Source of the DNA: Elusimicrobiota bacterium
Lineage (GTDB): Bacteria; Elusimicrobiota; Elusimicrobia; UBA1565; UBA9628
DNA: 64,000 nucleotides
Assembly (NCBI GenBank): GCA_016218575.1
Contig: JACRDN010000011.1
Span: 12,209-76,208 of the forward strand
Direction of reading: 5' to 3'
Shown here: positions 9,331 to 18,252 of the stretch, piece after piece
How the letters are laid out: every line of letters starts with the position of its first letter
Position numbering within the stretch: position 1 is the stretch's first letter
The notes under the pieces: model-generated
The model's database searches: none
What the model saw: the letters and a program-made list of their open reading frames with translations, nothing else
Told to the model about the DNA's origin: nothing
Program-made: the position numbers and the translations under genes

Positions 9331-10319
9331 TCCTTATGCCGGTAATCCCAGGGCTCGCCTTGGAGCAGACTCCAATGGCTCTCCACCCACCGCACGACCT
9401 CGGATACTCCCTCGCCCAAGCCGATCTCGGGAGCCCAGCCGAGCTCCCGGCGGGCCAAGGATGAGTCTATGACGTAGGCCGCGTCCTGCCCCGGCCGCTC
9501 CGGGGCAATCTGCGTGGACTCCTCGAAGGAGCGACCCAGGCGCTCGCAGATCTTGCGAACCACGTCTCGCACGGCCACCCCTGAATCCGGGGAGAGATGA
9601 TAGAGTTGGCCCGTCCGGCCTCTCTCCAAAACGGCCAACTCCCCGCGGGAAACGTCCCGGATGTGGATGTAGGACTTGACCGCAGCTCCCCCCCCGTGAA
9701 GCTGGATTTTGCGCCCGGACTTTACGAAGAGCACGGAACGCGGGATGATCTTGAACAATTGCTGGCGTGCCCCGTAGACGTTGGTCGCCCGCACCGAGAG
9801 CAGCGGAAAGGAGAACTCCCGGGCGTAGACCTTGAGGAGGAGGTCGGCCGCGGCCTTGGAGGCCGCGTAGGGGGTGCTGGGATTAAGAGGGGCATCCTCC
9901 GTCACCCGGCCCCGGCAGGTGCCGTACACCTCCGGCGAGGAGATGTGGACGTAGCGCTTGAGGTACGCCTGGCGGCGCAGATGGTTGACGAGCCTGGCCA
10001 GGCTCACGGTGTTGGTGGCAAACCAATGCTCCGGGTGCTCCCAGCTCGGGCCTACCTCGCTCTGGGCCGCGAAATTGACGATGGCCTCGGGCCGGAAGGA
10101 GTCAAGCGCCTCTAAAAGGGCCGGCATGTCGCGATTCATGTCGAGCCGGCGGTAGCGGTAGCAAGACAAATCCGCCCGCCCCTTGTAGCGCAGAAAGAAA
10201 TCCGGCCGCTCCGGAGAGCGGCTGATTCCCAGGACCTCGCGGCCCGGCTCATCGAGGAGGAGATCCACGAAGTCCTGTCCCGAGAAGGAATTGGCCCCCA
10301 GCACCGCTATACGCTTCAT
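9327..10319 (-). CDS. NAD-dependent epimerase/dehydratase (extended SDR, NDP-sugar 4,6-dehydratase-like)
   Basis: Track ORF trimmed to ATG 10319 (MKRIAVLGANSFSGQDF Rossmann start). YAASKAA catalytic YxxxK. ATGA overlap with the upstream stop at 10316. Confidence 0.8.
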   Translation of the reverse strand: MKRIAVLGANSFSGQDFVDLLLDEPGREVLGISRSPERPDFFLRYKGRADLSCYRYRRLDMNRDMPALLEALDSFRPEAIVNFAAQSEVGPSWEHPEHWFATNTVSLARLVNHLRRQAYLKRYVHISSPEVYGTCRGRVTEDAPLNPSTPYAASKAAADLLLKVYAREFSFPLLSVRATNVYGARQQLFKIIPRSVLFVKSGRKIQLHGGGAAVKSYIHIRDVSRGELAVLERGRTGQLYHLSPDSGVAVRDVVRKICERLGRSFEESTQIAPERPGQDAAYVIDSSLARRELGWAPEIGLGEGVSEVVRWVESHWSLLQGEPWDYRHKE

Positions 10320-11929
10320 GCCTTGGCGGCCCCCTCGAGGGCGAGCCGCGCCTTGTCGAGCTGTTCCGCCTTGCGCTCGGCCTCGGCGGCCGCGCCCAAG
10401 GCGAAGCGCCGCCTGCGCCCCGCCTGCGGCAGGAAATCGTTGAGGAGGATTCCAACCCATTTGAGGCGGTAGACGCCGGCCAGCCGCTCGAAGCGCTTAA
10501 GCTGGAGTCCCGGGTGGGCCGTCAAGGCCGCGACGCGCTCCGAAAAAATCGGCAGGAGCTCCGGAGCCGCCGGAACGGCCGGCTGGCAGAAGAAATCGCA
10601 GACTAGTTTGGCGGGATCGTCCCAGCCCGCGTATTCGAAGTCGAAGAAGCGCATCCGCCCCTCGGCCGAAAGCAGAGCGTTGTGGAAGCCGAAATCCGAG
10701 GGCGACAAAATCCTGTCCTCCCGGGCCAAGGGCTCGTCCAAGCCGCGGTCGTCCGAGAGGGATTCGGCTTCGGCCCGGCGCCGCTCCTCCTGCCAGCGGG
10801 GCCAGATCTCCCCCTGGACGAAAGCCAGGCACCGGCCGTCCAGTTCGCCGGAAGGCGCTAAGCGCCGCAGGCGCTCGAGCCGGCCCTCCACCGCGTCCAA
10901 GTGCGCGCGCAAGGTAAAGCACGCCTCCGCCGCCTCGGGCAGATCCAAGTCCTCGCTCCGGTCCCGGTTCAAATCCTCCAGAAAGGCCAGGGCCTCCTCC
11001 ACCGCCGCCTCCTGGGGCTCCCCGGCCTTAAGCTTGCAGCCCTCGATCCATTCGTAGAGGCCGAGCCCTCGCTCGGAGTCGCAAGCCAAAGGCTTGGGCG
11101 CGCGGCGCGCGCCCCGGGACCAGGCGTAGCGGCAAAAGGCGAACTCGGCCCCCAAGCGGTCCCGCCCCTCGGGACCGTCCCTGAAGTAGGCCTTCAAAAG
11201 CGCGCTCCCGCCGCAAGCCCGGAGACGGAATACCTGATTGTTGGCTCCTCCCAGCAACGGAGAAAGGGAGAGGAGCTCTCCTAGACCGGCTTCTACCGAC
11301 AAATAAGCAGGACTCTCTGCTTCGGCGGGCGCAAGCAGGCGCCCGCCGATTTCCGCCCAGGAGCGCGCCGTCCAAAAACTTCCCGCGACGCACTCCTCGC
11401 CGGGATCGAAGAGTATTTTCCGCGTTCCCGCGGGGAACTCGGGCTCGGCCAAAAACTCGGGCAGGTCGTCCACAAAGACGTCGCAGGCGAGCCGGCTGAT
11501 GCGCTCGAGCTTCTCCAACTTGGAAGGCTCGAAATAGACCCGGCTCGACTCGATCCCCCCGCGCTCTGGATTGAGAAAGCCCTTGGCTTTGAGCCACGCG
11601 AGGGCCGCGGCGACCAGGTCGCAGGCCTCTCCCCTGGAGGGCTGCCGCGTCTTATGGCTGATAATGAAGAGCTCCAGGCCCCGCTCGCGACAGAGCTTGA
11701 AGAACTCGAGCGTCCCGGGAAAAGGAGCGACTTCTCCCATGCGCTTGCCATAGACCAGGCCCTGCAGCTTGGTCCACGAAGGCTCCCGCCCCGCCCGGCG
11801 CAGGTAGTCCCGGACGGAGTTTTTGCTCGCGGGCAGGCTTTGCGGAATCAAGCCCTTCTCCAGGGCGGCTTGGTGAAAGACCCCGTCGTAGCAAGCCAAG
11901 GTATTGTCAAAATCGACGCCGACCCTCAC
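10316..11929 (-). CDS. Fusion protein: N-terminal HAD-superfamily phosphatase domain plus C-terminal APH/choline-kinase-type phosphotransferase domain
   Basis: Start reassigned to GTG 11929, a GTGA overlap with the ADH stop. VGVDFDNTLACYD carries the HAD DxDxT motif I. C-terminal ILSPSDFGFHNALL...FFDFEYAGWDDPAKLVCDF is a kinase catalytic/DFE(G)-type block. Confidence 0.7.
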   Translation of the reverse strand: MRVGVDFDNTLACYDGVFHQAALEKGLIPQSLPASKNSVRDYLRRAGREPSWTKLQGLVYGKRMGEVAPFPGTLEFFKLCRERGLELFIISHKTRQPSRGEACDLVAAALAWLKAKGFLNPERGGIESSRVYFEPSKLEKLERISRLACDVFVDDLPEFLAEPEFPAGTRKILFDPGEECVAGSFWTARSWAEIGGRLLAPAEAESPAYLSVEAGLGELLSLSPLLGGANNQVFRLRACGGSALLKAYFRDGPEGRDRLGAEFAFCRYAWSRGARRAPKPLACDSERGLGLYEWIEGCKLKAGEPQEAAVEEALAFLEDLNRDRSEDLDLPEAAEACFTLRAHLDAVEGRLERLRRLAPSGELDGRCLAFVQGEIWPRWQEERRRAEAESLSDDRGLDEPLAREDRILSPSDFGFHNALLSAEGRMRFFDFEYAGWDDPAKLVCDFFCQPAVPAAPELLPIFSERVAALTAHPGLQLKRFERLAGVYRLKWVGILLNDFLPQAGRRRRFALGAAAEAERKAEQLDKARLALEGAAKA

Positions 11930-12969
11930 GCGCTTGCCCGCATCTCGATGAGCGGGCGGGCCGCCCGCCCCTGGCGCAAATCCTGGAAGGCCAGGCCCAC
12001 CTCTTCCAGGGAATAGGCCCGGCCGAGCAAGGGCGAGAGATCGGCCCGGCCGCCGGCCCAAAGCCGGGCGTAGCGCGGGTAGTCCCGGTCCGGGAAATTG
12101 TCGCCGCCCCAGGTGCCCAGGAGCCGCTTGCCCAAGTTGAGCTCCCGCGGGTCCAAGGACAGCGTCTCGCCGTGCCTGGCATTCCCAACCACCACGGCCG
12201 CGCCGCCCTGGGGCCTGACCGCGGCCAAGGCGTTCTGCATGGCCTCGGGTCGGCCCGTAGCCTCGACCGCGAAATCCGCGCCCTTCGGGAAAATCTTGCG
12301 CAAGGCCTCAAGAACCGGCTCCTTTGCGGCGTCCACGGTCTGGTCGGCCCCCATCTTCTTGGCCAGCTCGAGCTTGGCCGGCACGATGTCCACGGCCACG
12401 ATCGGAGCGCAGCCGAGGATCCTGGCCGCGGCCACGGCGCAGAGACCCACCCCACCGGCCCCGAACACGACCAAGCTCTGTCCCGGCTGGGGGCGGGCCG
12501 CGTTGAACACCGCCCCAAAGCCCGTGGGGATCGCGCAGCCGAGCAAGGCCGCCTCGCGCAGGGAAATCTCCGCGCCCAGGGGGGTCAAACGGTTCTCGCT
12601 GATGATGGCATGGCGCATGAAAGTGGCGATGGGGCCGGCGTTGACCTTGCGGCTTCCCCATAGGTGCACCGAGCCCGGAGCGTCCCTGCCCTGCCCCTTC
12701 ACCCAGGAGAGGATGACGCTCTCCGAGGGCTTGACCTTGGACACGCCCGGCCCGGCCTCCAGCACCACCCCGCTTCCCTCGTGCCCGAGGCAATGCGGCA
12801 GGTACGAATCTTGGCCGCGCCAACCCTCGGCCTCCAAAAGCTGGGTGTGGCAGACCCCGCTGTAGCGGACCTCGACCAAAACCTGCCCGGGCTTTAGGGG
12901 CGCTAACTCGAGCTCGGCCTGCTCCAGAGGCCGCCCCAGTTCCACCAGGACCGCGGCGGAGGTCTTCAT
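11926..12969 (-). CDS. Zinc-binding medium-chain alcohol dehydrogenase/reductase
   Basis: 347 aa. SGVCHTQL and GHEGSGVV zinc-ligand motifs; GAGGVGLCAV Rossmann motif. Confidence 0.85.
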   Translation of the reverse strand: MKTSAAVLVELGRPLEQAELELAPLKPGQVLVEVRYSGVCHTQLLEAEGWRGQDSYLPHCLGHEGSGVVLEAGPGVSKVKPSESVILSWVKGQGRDAPGSVHLWGSRKVNAGPIATFMRHAIISENRLTPLGAEISLREAALLGCAIPTGFGAVFNAARPQPGQSLVVFGAGGVGLCAVAAARILGCAPIVAVDIVPAKLELAKKMGADQTVDAAKEPVLEALRKIFPKGADFAVEATGRPEAMQNALAAVRPQGGAAVVVGNARHGETLSLDPRELNLGKRLLGTWGGDNFPDRDYPRYARLWAGGRADLSPLLGRAYSLEEVGLAFQDLRQGRAARPLIEMRASA

Positions 12970-13904
12970 GGCCGCGCCGCCTGCTCGCGGCGGGCCTCTT
13001 CGATGCGCCGAGAGACGGCCTCCGGCGTCAACCCGAAGAACTCCCTCGCATGCTCCTGTTCCCCGACTTCGTGGAGAAACTCATCGGGGGTGCCCAGGCG
13101 CAAAAGGCGCGCGCCGACATGCGGATGGTCGGCCAGCCACTCCGCCACGGCCCCTCCAAGGCCTCCTATGACGCTGTGCTCCTCCAAGGTCGCCACGAAC
13201 ATTCTCTTGGAGAAGGCCGCGCGCAGCAATTCCTCGTCCAAGGGCTTGACCGTGTGGAGACTCACGACTCTGATGGAAATTCCCTTGGTGCCGAGGATCT
13301 CCGCCGACGCAAGGGCCAGCGGCAAAGTATTGCCCGTGCTCAGAAGGCAAACGTCCTTTCCTTCCTTTAAAAGGATCCCTTTCCCTATTTCGAAACGAGG
13401 AGGGCTTTGATGCACGACGGGCTCGCCCTTCTTTCCGATGCGGATGTAGGCGGGACCCGAGAGCCCCAAGGCCGCGCGCAGGGCCAGGCGCGTTTCCACC
13501 GCGTCCCCGGGGCAGAGCACCGTCATGTTGGGCAGGGCCCGCAGGAAGGCGATGTCCTCGCAGGAGTGATGCGTGGCTCCCAAGGAGGCGTAGGAGAGCC
13601 CGCCGCCCACGCCCACCACCACGACCGGGACATTGTGGTAGCAGAGATCCACCCGAATCTGCTCAAGGCACCGGGTCGTGACGAAGGGGGTGATGGTGTA
13701 GGCCACGGGCTTGAGCCCGTTCATGGCCAGTCCCGCGGCCACCCCGATCATGTTGGCCTCGGCCACCCCGCAGTTGAAGAAGCGCTCGCGGCAGTGCGCC
13801 TTGAAATTGTCGAAGAGCCGGTTGCCGATGTCCCCGGATAGAAGCACCACGCGAGGATCTTCTTCGGCAAGTGTTAGGAGCTCGGCCGCGAAAGCGTTCC
13901 TCAT
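12966..13904 (-). CDS. Transketolase, C-terminal (pyrimidine-binding) subunit of a split enzyme
   Basis: Start trimmed to ATG 13904 (ATGA overlap). MRNAFAAELLTLAEEDPRVVLLSGDIGN...CGVAEANMIGVAAGLA...TITPFVTTRCLEQIR. Confidence 0.85.
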   Translation of the reverse strand: MRNAFAAELLTLAEEDPRVVLLSGDIGNRLFDNFKAHCRERFFNCGVAEANMIGVAAGLAMNGLKPVAYTITPFVTTRCLEQIRVDLCYHNVPVVVVGVGGGLSYASLGATHHSCEDIAFLRALPNMTVLCPGDAVETRLALRAALGLSGPAYIRIGKKGEPVVHQSPPRFEIGKGILLKEGKDVCLLSTGNTLPLALASAEILGTKGISIRVVSLHTVKPLDEELLRAAFSKRMFVATLEEHSVIGGLGGAVAEWLADHPHVGARLLRLGTPDEFLHEVGEQEHAREFFGLTPEAVSRRIEEARREQAARP

Positions 13905-14728
13905 GCCAGGCCCAACTCCTTCAAGGCCTCTTTGAGCTGGGCCCGGGAGGGAGACTGATAGTGCCAATTGTTGTCGTCCTCCATGAAAGAGACCCCCTTG
14001 CCCTTCACCGTATGCGCGATAATCGCCGTGGGCTTGCCGGGCTCGGGGAGACGCGACAGGGACCGGACCAAAGCGCCGACGTCATGGCCGTCCGCCTCGG
14101 ACGCGCTCCAGCCGAAGCTTTCCCATTTCTGCCTCAATGGCTTCAAGGCCATGACGGCCTCGCTGCGGTCGGTAGCCTGCCACTTGTTGTAGTCCACCAC
14201 CACCGTCACGTTCCCAAGGCCCCGCCCCGCGGCGAACATCGCCGCCTCCCAGACCGAGCCCTCGTTGCATTCCCCGTCGCTCATCACCACGAAGACTCGG
14301 TACGAACGGCCAAGTATCCGCGCGGCCAGGGCCATCCCCGCGCCCAGGGGCAGGCCGTGCCCCAAGGAACCGGTCGCGGCCTCCAGGCCCGGCACGCAGC
14401 CCGGGCTCGGCTGCTCGGGAAGGCCGCTGCCCGGCTGGTTGTAGCGCTCCAGCCTCTCCACCGGGAAAAAGCCCCTGTAGGCCAACACCGCGTAAAGGCT
14501 TGAAATCGCGTGTCCCTTGCTCAAGATCAAGCGGTCCCGGTCCGGGCTCCGCGGGTCCTTGGGATCGATGCGCAGTATCCCCCAATAGGCCGCCACCAAA
14601 ATGTCCACGCATGACAGAGACGAGGCCAAATGCGCGGTCCCGGCCCTGCAGGACATCTCGATGACTTTGCCCCGCACGCGGCGCGCCGCCGCCTCCAGCT
14701 CGCGAACGTCCGAAGCGTTCTCAATCAT
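13901..14728 (-). CDS. Transketolase, N-terminal (ThDP-binding) subunit of a split enzyme
   Basis: 275 aa. LSKGHAISSLYAVLA, GSLGHGLPLGAGMA, SDGECNEGSVWEA (ThDP/Mg motif). Confidence 0.85.
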   Translation of the reverse strand: MIENASDVRELEAAARRVRGKVIEMSCRAGTAHLASSLSCVDILVAAYWGILRIDPKDPRSPDRDRLILSKGHAISSLYAVLAYRGFFPVERLERYNQPGSGLPEQPSPGCVPGLEAATGSLGHGLPLGAGMALAARILGRSYRVFVVMSDGECNEGSVWEAAMFAAGRGLGNVTVVVDYNKWQATDRSEAVMALKPLRQKWESFGWSASEADGHDVGALVRSLSRLPEPGKPTAIIAHTVKGKGVSFMEDDNNWHYQSPSRAQLKEALKELGLA

Positions 14729-15720
14729 TTAAGCCGGAGGCTCTGAATGGTCTTGATGTTGGAATAGCGAATGTCGGTGAGCGGATTCGGGATCTTGCCC
14801 GCGGCATAGGCGGCCGAGAGATCGCGGATCGCATCCTCGATGGATCTCTTCGGGAGGAATCCGAGCTCGCGCCCGATCTTTTCCGAGGAGATGTGATAGG
14901 AGCGGTGGTCGTCGGTGGGCACGGTCTCTATCTCCACGTCCGGGCCGACCACCCGACGCACCATCTCGGCGATCTGGCGCACCTTGTGATTATGGTAGCC
15001 CGCGTTGTAGATCTTTCCGTCCACCGCCTCGTCCGGCCACTCCAGGGAGCGTACATAGAGATCTGCCATGTCCTCTATGTGGATATTTGGCCTCATCTGC
15101 TCACCGCCGAAGACCTTCATCCGGCGCTTGTTGACCGCGTCGTTGGTGAGGATGTTGACCGTCAAATCCAGGCGCAGGCGCGGGGAATAGCCGCACACCG
15201 TGGCCGGCCGCAGGATCAACGCCGTAAAGCCCGGCCTCCTTTCCTTCAAAAGGACGTCCTCGCACAAGGCCTTGTACTTTGAGTAGTCGGTGAGGGGCTC
15301 CAAAGGCAGCTCCTCGGTCACGTTCTGCTCCTCCTTGACTCCATAAACGCTGGAGGAGGATGCGTAAATGAAGCGCCGGACCCCCGCGCCCCGCGAGGCC
15401 TGCACCAAGGGCGGGAAGGCGTCGTAATTGATGGAGCGTCCCAGGGATGGGTTCAGCTCGAAACTGGGATCGTTGGAGATGCAGGCCAGATGTATCACCG
15501 CGTCGCAGCCGGCGAGGGATTTCTCAAGGAGCTTCCCATCCCGCAAATCCCCCTTGATTTGGACAAGCCGGGGATTCGCGCCGCATCCGTCGAAGACGCT
15601 TTCCCCGAAGATATAGAGGTCGAGCACTTTCACCTCGTAGCCCTTGGCCAGGAGCTTGGGCACCAGCACCGCTCCCACGTAGCCCGCCCCGCCCGTCACC
15701 AGCACTGTTTTTATAGCCAT
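14725..15720 (-). CDS. NAD-dependent epimerase/dehydratase (extended SDR)
   Basis: 331 aa. VLVTGGAGYVGAVLV Rossmann motif; YSKYKALCE YxxxK motif. Confidence 0.8.
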   Translation of the reverse strand: MAIKTVLVTGGAGYVGAVLVPKLLAKGYEVKVLDLYIFGESVFDGCGANPRLVQIKGDLRDGKLLEKSLAGCDAVIHLACISNDPSFELNPSLGRSINYDAFPPLVQASRGAGVRRFIYASSSSVYGVKEEQNVTEELPLEPLTDYSKYKALCEDVLLKERRPGFTALILRPATVCGYSPRLRLDLTVNILTNDAVNKRRMKVFGGEQMRPNIHIEDMADLYVRSLEWPDEAVDGKIYNAGYHNHKVRQIAEMVRRVVGPDVEIETVPTDDHRSYHISSEKIGRELGFLPKRSIEDAIRDLSAAYAAGKIPNPLTDIRYSNIKTIQSLRLK

Positions 15721-15721
15721 A

Positions 15722-17248
15722 TCATTTCATCAAGGATTCGATGTTCTTGAACAGAGCCACGGGCTCGATGGCCGAGCGGTTTCCCACCGTGGCCACGGCC
15801 TGGGCTCCGACCGCGTTGCCGATGAACCCCACGACCTCGAGGGGCGCCTTTTGCGCCACGCACGGGGCCGTAACCGACAGGAATGCGTCCCCGGCCCCCA
15901 TGCGGTCCACGACCTGGCCCGCCAGGGCCGGCACTTCGAAAAATCCGGCCTTCTTGTCGTAGGCCAGGCATCCGAACTTGCCGCGGGTCGCTATGATCCG
16001 GTCGCATTTGATGCCCTTGATGGCCTCGAGCACGATCTTCCTCAGGTCTCCCCTGCGGTCGCGGGCCTCGAGGCGGAACTCCTTCTCGGCCATGGCGATG
16101 TAATCGGCGCGGGGGTAGCGGCCGATGGTCTGGTAGCCCAGGTTATCGGCGTTGGTCTGGGCGTTGACCGCGAGGAACTTCGACTTGTCGCAGATGATCT
16201 TCACCGCCTTATCGGAGAGCATGCCGTGCCCGAAATCCACCACGATCACCACGTCGTAACGGGGGATCTCGGCCTTGAGCACCCGGCAAAGCTCCTTGTC
16301 TTCCTCGGGGTCCAAGGCGTTGCTGTTCATCTCGTAGACCTCGATGAGCTTGGTGAAGAAGTATTGCTCTATGTAGCGGCGCTTGACTATGGTCGGGGAG
16401 TTCTTCCGCCTCAAAAAATGCCTGCGGATCTTGGCGTTGAGATTGTCGACTATAAAATCCTCCTGGGAGTCCCGGTCGCCGAGGAAGGTGACCAGGCCCG
16501 TCTGGGCGCAGAAATTGGCGGCGTGGTTTCCCACGGCCAGTATCCCGCCGTTGAACTTCTCGGCCGTCAAGTGCCTGACCGCGAGCATGGGCTCCTTGGA
16601 GGATTTCCCGATGGCCTCGCAGTAGCGGTAGTCGTCTATGATGGCCTCGCCGATCGCCAGGACCTTGAGCTTGCCGGCCCCCTTGAGATAGCCCAGCACC
16701 TCGTCCGAGACGTAGCGGCTCGCAAATCCCGCCAGGTACTCGCTCACTTCCTTGGTGAAAACCGGAAGGTAGCGCTTGATGAGGTGCGAGGCGCTGAAGG
16801 TGATGTCTTGCGTGAAGGCGATTTTGCCCCCGACGGACTTGATCGCCTCCTCCTCCATGGTAATTCCTTTGGTGTGGTCCTTAGCCGCGTCCTTGTATTC
16901 GGCTCCCTTGACGTAATAATGGGGCTTGAGCTTCTTGATGGCTTCGACGGCCATGGGCCACTGGTTGATGGCCACGTGATCCACGCAGTCGAGCGCGGCC
17001 ACCGCCTCGGCGCGCATCTCTTCGGTGAAGGCGGGCCTCATGGGACCCTTGTTGACGTAGCGGTCCGCGGTGACGGTCACGACCAGGATATCGCCCAGCT
17101 TCCTGGCGTTCTCGAAGTAGCGGATGTGCCCGAGGTGCAGGAGGTCGAACACCCCGTGGCAGAGGACGATTCTCTTGTTGCGGGAGCGCGCCCGCGCAAG
17201 GACGGGGGCCAGCGCCTCCAGGGTGCGGATCTTCGGGCTGCCCCTCAT
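15722..17248 (-). CDS. Bifunctional sugar-phosphate nucleotidyltransferase (N-terminal, cytidylyltransferase fold) and PfkB-family kinase (C-terminal); HldE/RfaE-like with reversed domain order
   Basis: 508 aa. N-terminal RIVLCHGVFDLLHLGHIRYFENARKLGDILVVTVTAD carries the HxGH motif. The kinase part VLAIGEAIIDDYRYCEAIGKSSKEPMLAV...GGILAVGNHAANF parallels the HldE domain I pattern VvGDvMLDrYw.G...RISPEAPVPVv...GGAANVA. C-terminal GAGDAF is a PfkB motif. Confidence 0.75.
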   Translation of the reverse strand: MRGSPKIRTLEALAPVLARARSRNKRIVLCHGVFDLLHLGHIRYFENARKLGDILVVTVTADRYVNKGPMRPAFTEEMRAEAVAALDCVDHVAINQWPMAVEAIKKLKPHYYVKGAEYKDAAKDHTKGITMEEEAIKSVGGKIAFTQDITFSASHLIKRYLPVFTKEVSEYLAGFASRYVSDEVLGYLKGAGKLKVLAIGEAIIDDYRYCEAIGKSSKEPMLAVRHLTAEKFNGGILAVGNHAANFCAQTGLVTFLGDRDSQEDFIVDNLNAKIRRHFLRRKNSPTIVKRRYIEQYFFTKLIEVYEMNSNALDPEEDKELCRVLKAEIPRYDVVIVVDFGHGMLSDKAVKIICDKSKFLAVNAQTNADNLGYQTIGRYPRADYIAMAEKEFRLEARDRRGDLRKIVLEAIKGIKCDRIIATRGKFGCLAYDKKAGFFEVPALAGQVVDRMGAGDAFLSVTAPCVAQKAPLEVVGFIGNAVGAQAVATVGNRSAIEPVALFKNIESLMK

Positions 17249-18243
17249 GGCCTACCCCCGAGATGGGCGAACCACTCCTTGGTCGCGTCGGCGATGCTCT
17301 GCTCCTCCCAGACCGGAGCCTCCCGCCAGCACTCGATGTTCTCAAGCATGATGCGCACCCCTTCCTCGAACGATATTTTCGGCCGCCACCCCAAGCGCTC
17401 CCGTATCTTGGCGGTGTCGGCGAAAGTGCAGTCGGGCTCTCCCGGCCTCTTGGGGATACGGACAACCTCTCCTCTCAACAGACTCACCAGCCGGTTGACG
17501 CTGGTGGTGCTTCCGGAGCCCACGTTGAAGACCTCCCCTGAGATCTCGGACTCGGCGGCCTTGACGAAAGCCGCCGCCACGTCGCTCACAAAGGTGAAAT
17601 CGCGGGTTTGGCTGCCGTCGCCTACCACCGTGAAGGGCTTGCCGGCCAGCTTCTGGGCGAGGAACACGCCGAAAACCGCGCCGTAGGTCCCGCTCGTGCG
17701 AGATCTCGGCCCATAGACGTTGAAGAGGCGCAGGCTGACGCAGGGCAAGCGGTAGACCTGGGCCCAATGAAGAACGTACTGCTCGGCCGCGTACTTGGTG
17801 AGGGCGTAGGGGTACATGGGCCGGGCCGGGGCGGTCTCAGACGTGGGAAAGCGGTCGGGGATGCCGTAGCACGAGGAGGAGGCGGCGTAGACGAAGCGCT
17901 TGACCCCGCGGCGCCGCGAGGCCTCGAGAACCGCGGCGGTCCCGTCCACGTTGGCCCTGTGATAGGCCAAGGGATCCTGGATCGAGGGCACGATGTCGGC
18001 CAAGGCGGCCAGATGGAACACGGCGTCGGCGCCGCGCAGAAGCTCCGAAACCGCCGCCGCGTCCGAGACGTCCGCCCGATGGACCTCGAGGCACGGGTTC
18101 TCCCGGAGATGGGCCAAGTTCTCGGGGCGGCCCGTGGAGAAATTGTCCAGGACCGACACGGTCCAGCCGTCGGCCAGAAGTCTCTCGGTCAAATGGCTTC
18201 CGATGAACCCCGCTCCCCCGGTCACGACGGCTCGCGATTGCAC
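17245..18243 (-). CDS. NAD-dependent epimerase/dehydratase (UDP-sugar 4-epimerase/decarboxylase-like SDR)
   Basis: GTG start at 18243 preceded by GGAGG. AVVTGGAGFIGSHLTERLL, YALTKYAAE, GDGSQTRDFTFVSDV. Confidence 0.8.
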   Translation of the reverse strand: MQSRAVVTGGAGFIGSHLTERLLADGWTVSVLDNFSTGRPENLAHLRENPCLEVHRADVSDAAAVSELLRGADAVFHLAALADIVPSIQDPLAYHRANVDGTAAVLEASRRRGVKRFVYAASSSCYGIPDRFPTSETAPARPMYPYALTKYAAEQYVLHWAQVYRLPCVSLRLFNVYGPRSRTSGTYGAVFGVFLAQKLAGKPFTVVGDGSQTRDFTFVSDVAAAFVKAAESEISGEVFNVGSGSTTSVNRLVSLLRGEVVRIPKRPGEPDCTFADTAKIRERLGWRPKISFEEGVRIMLENIECWREAPVWEEQSIADATKEWFAHLGGRP

Positions 18244-18252
18244 GATGCCTCC

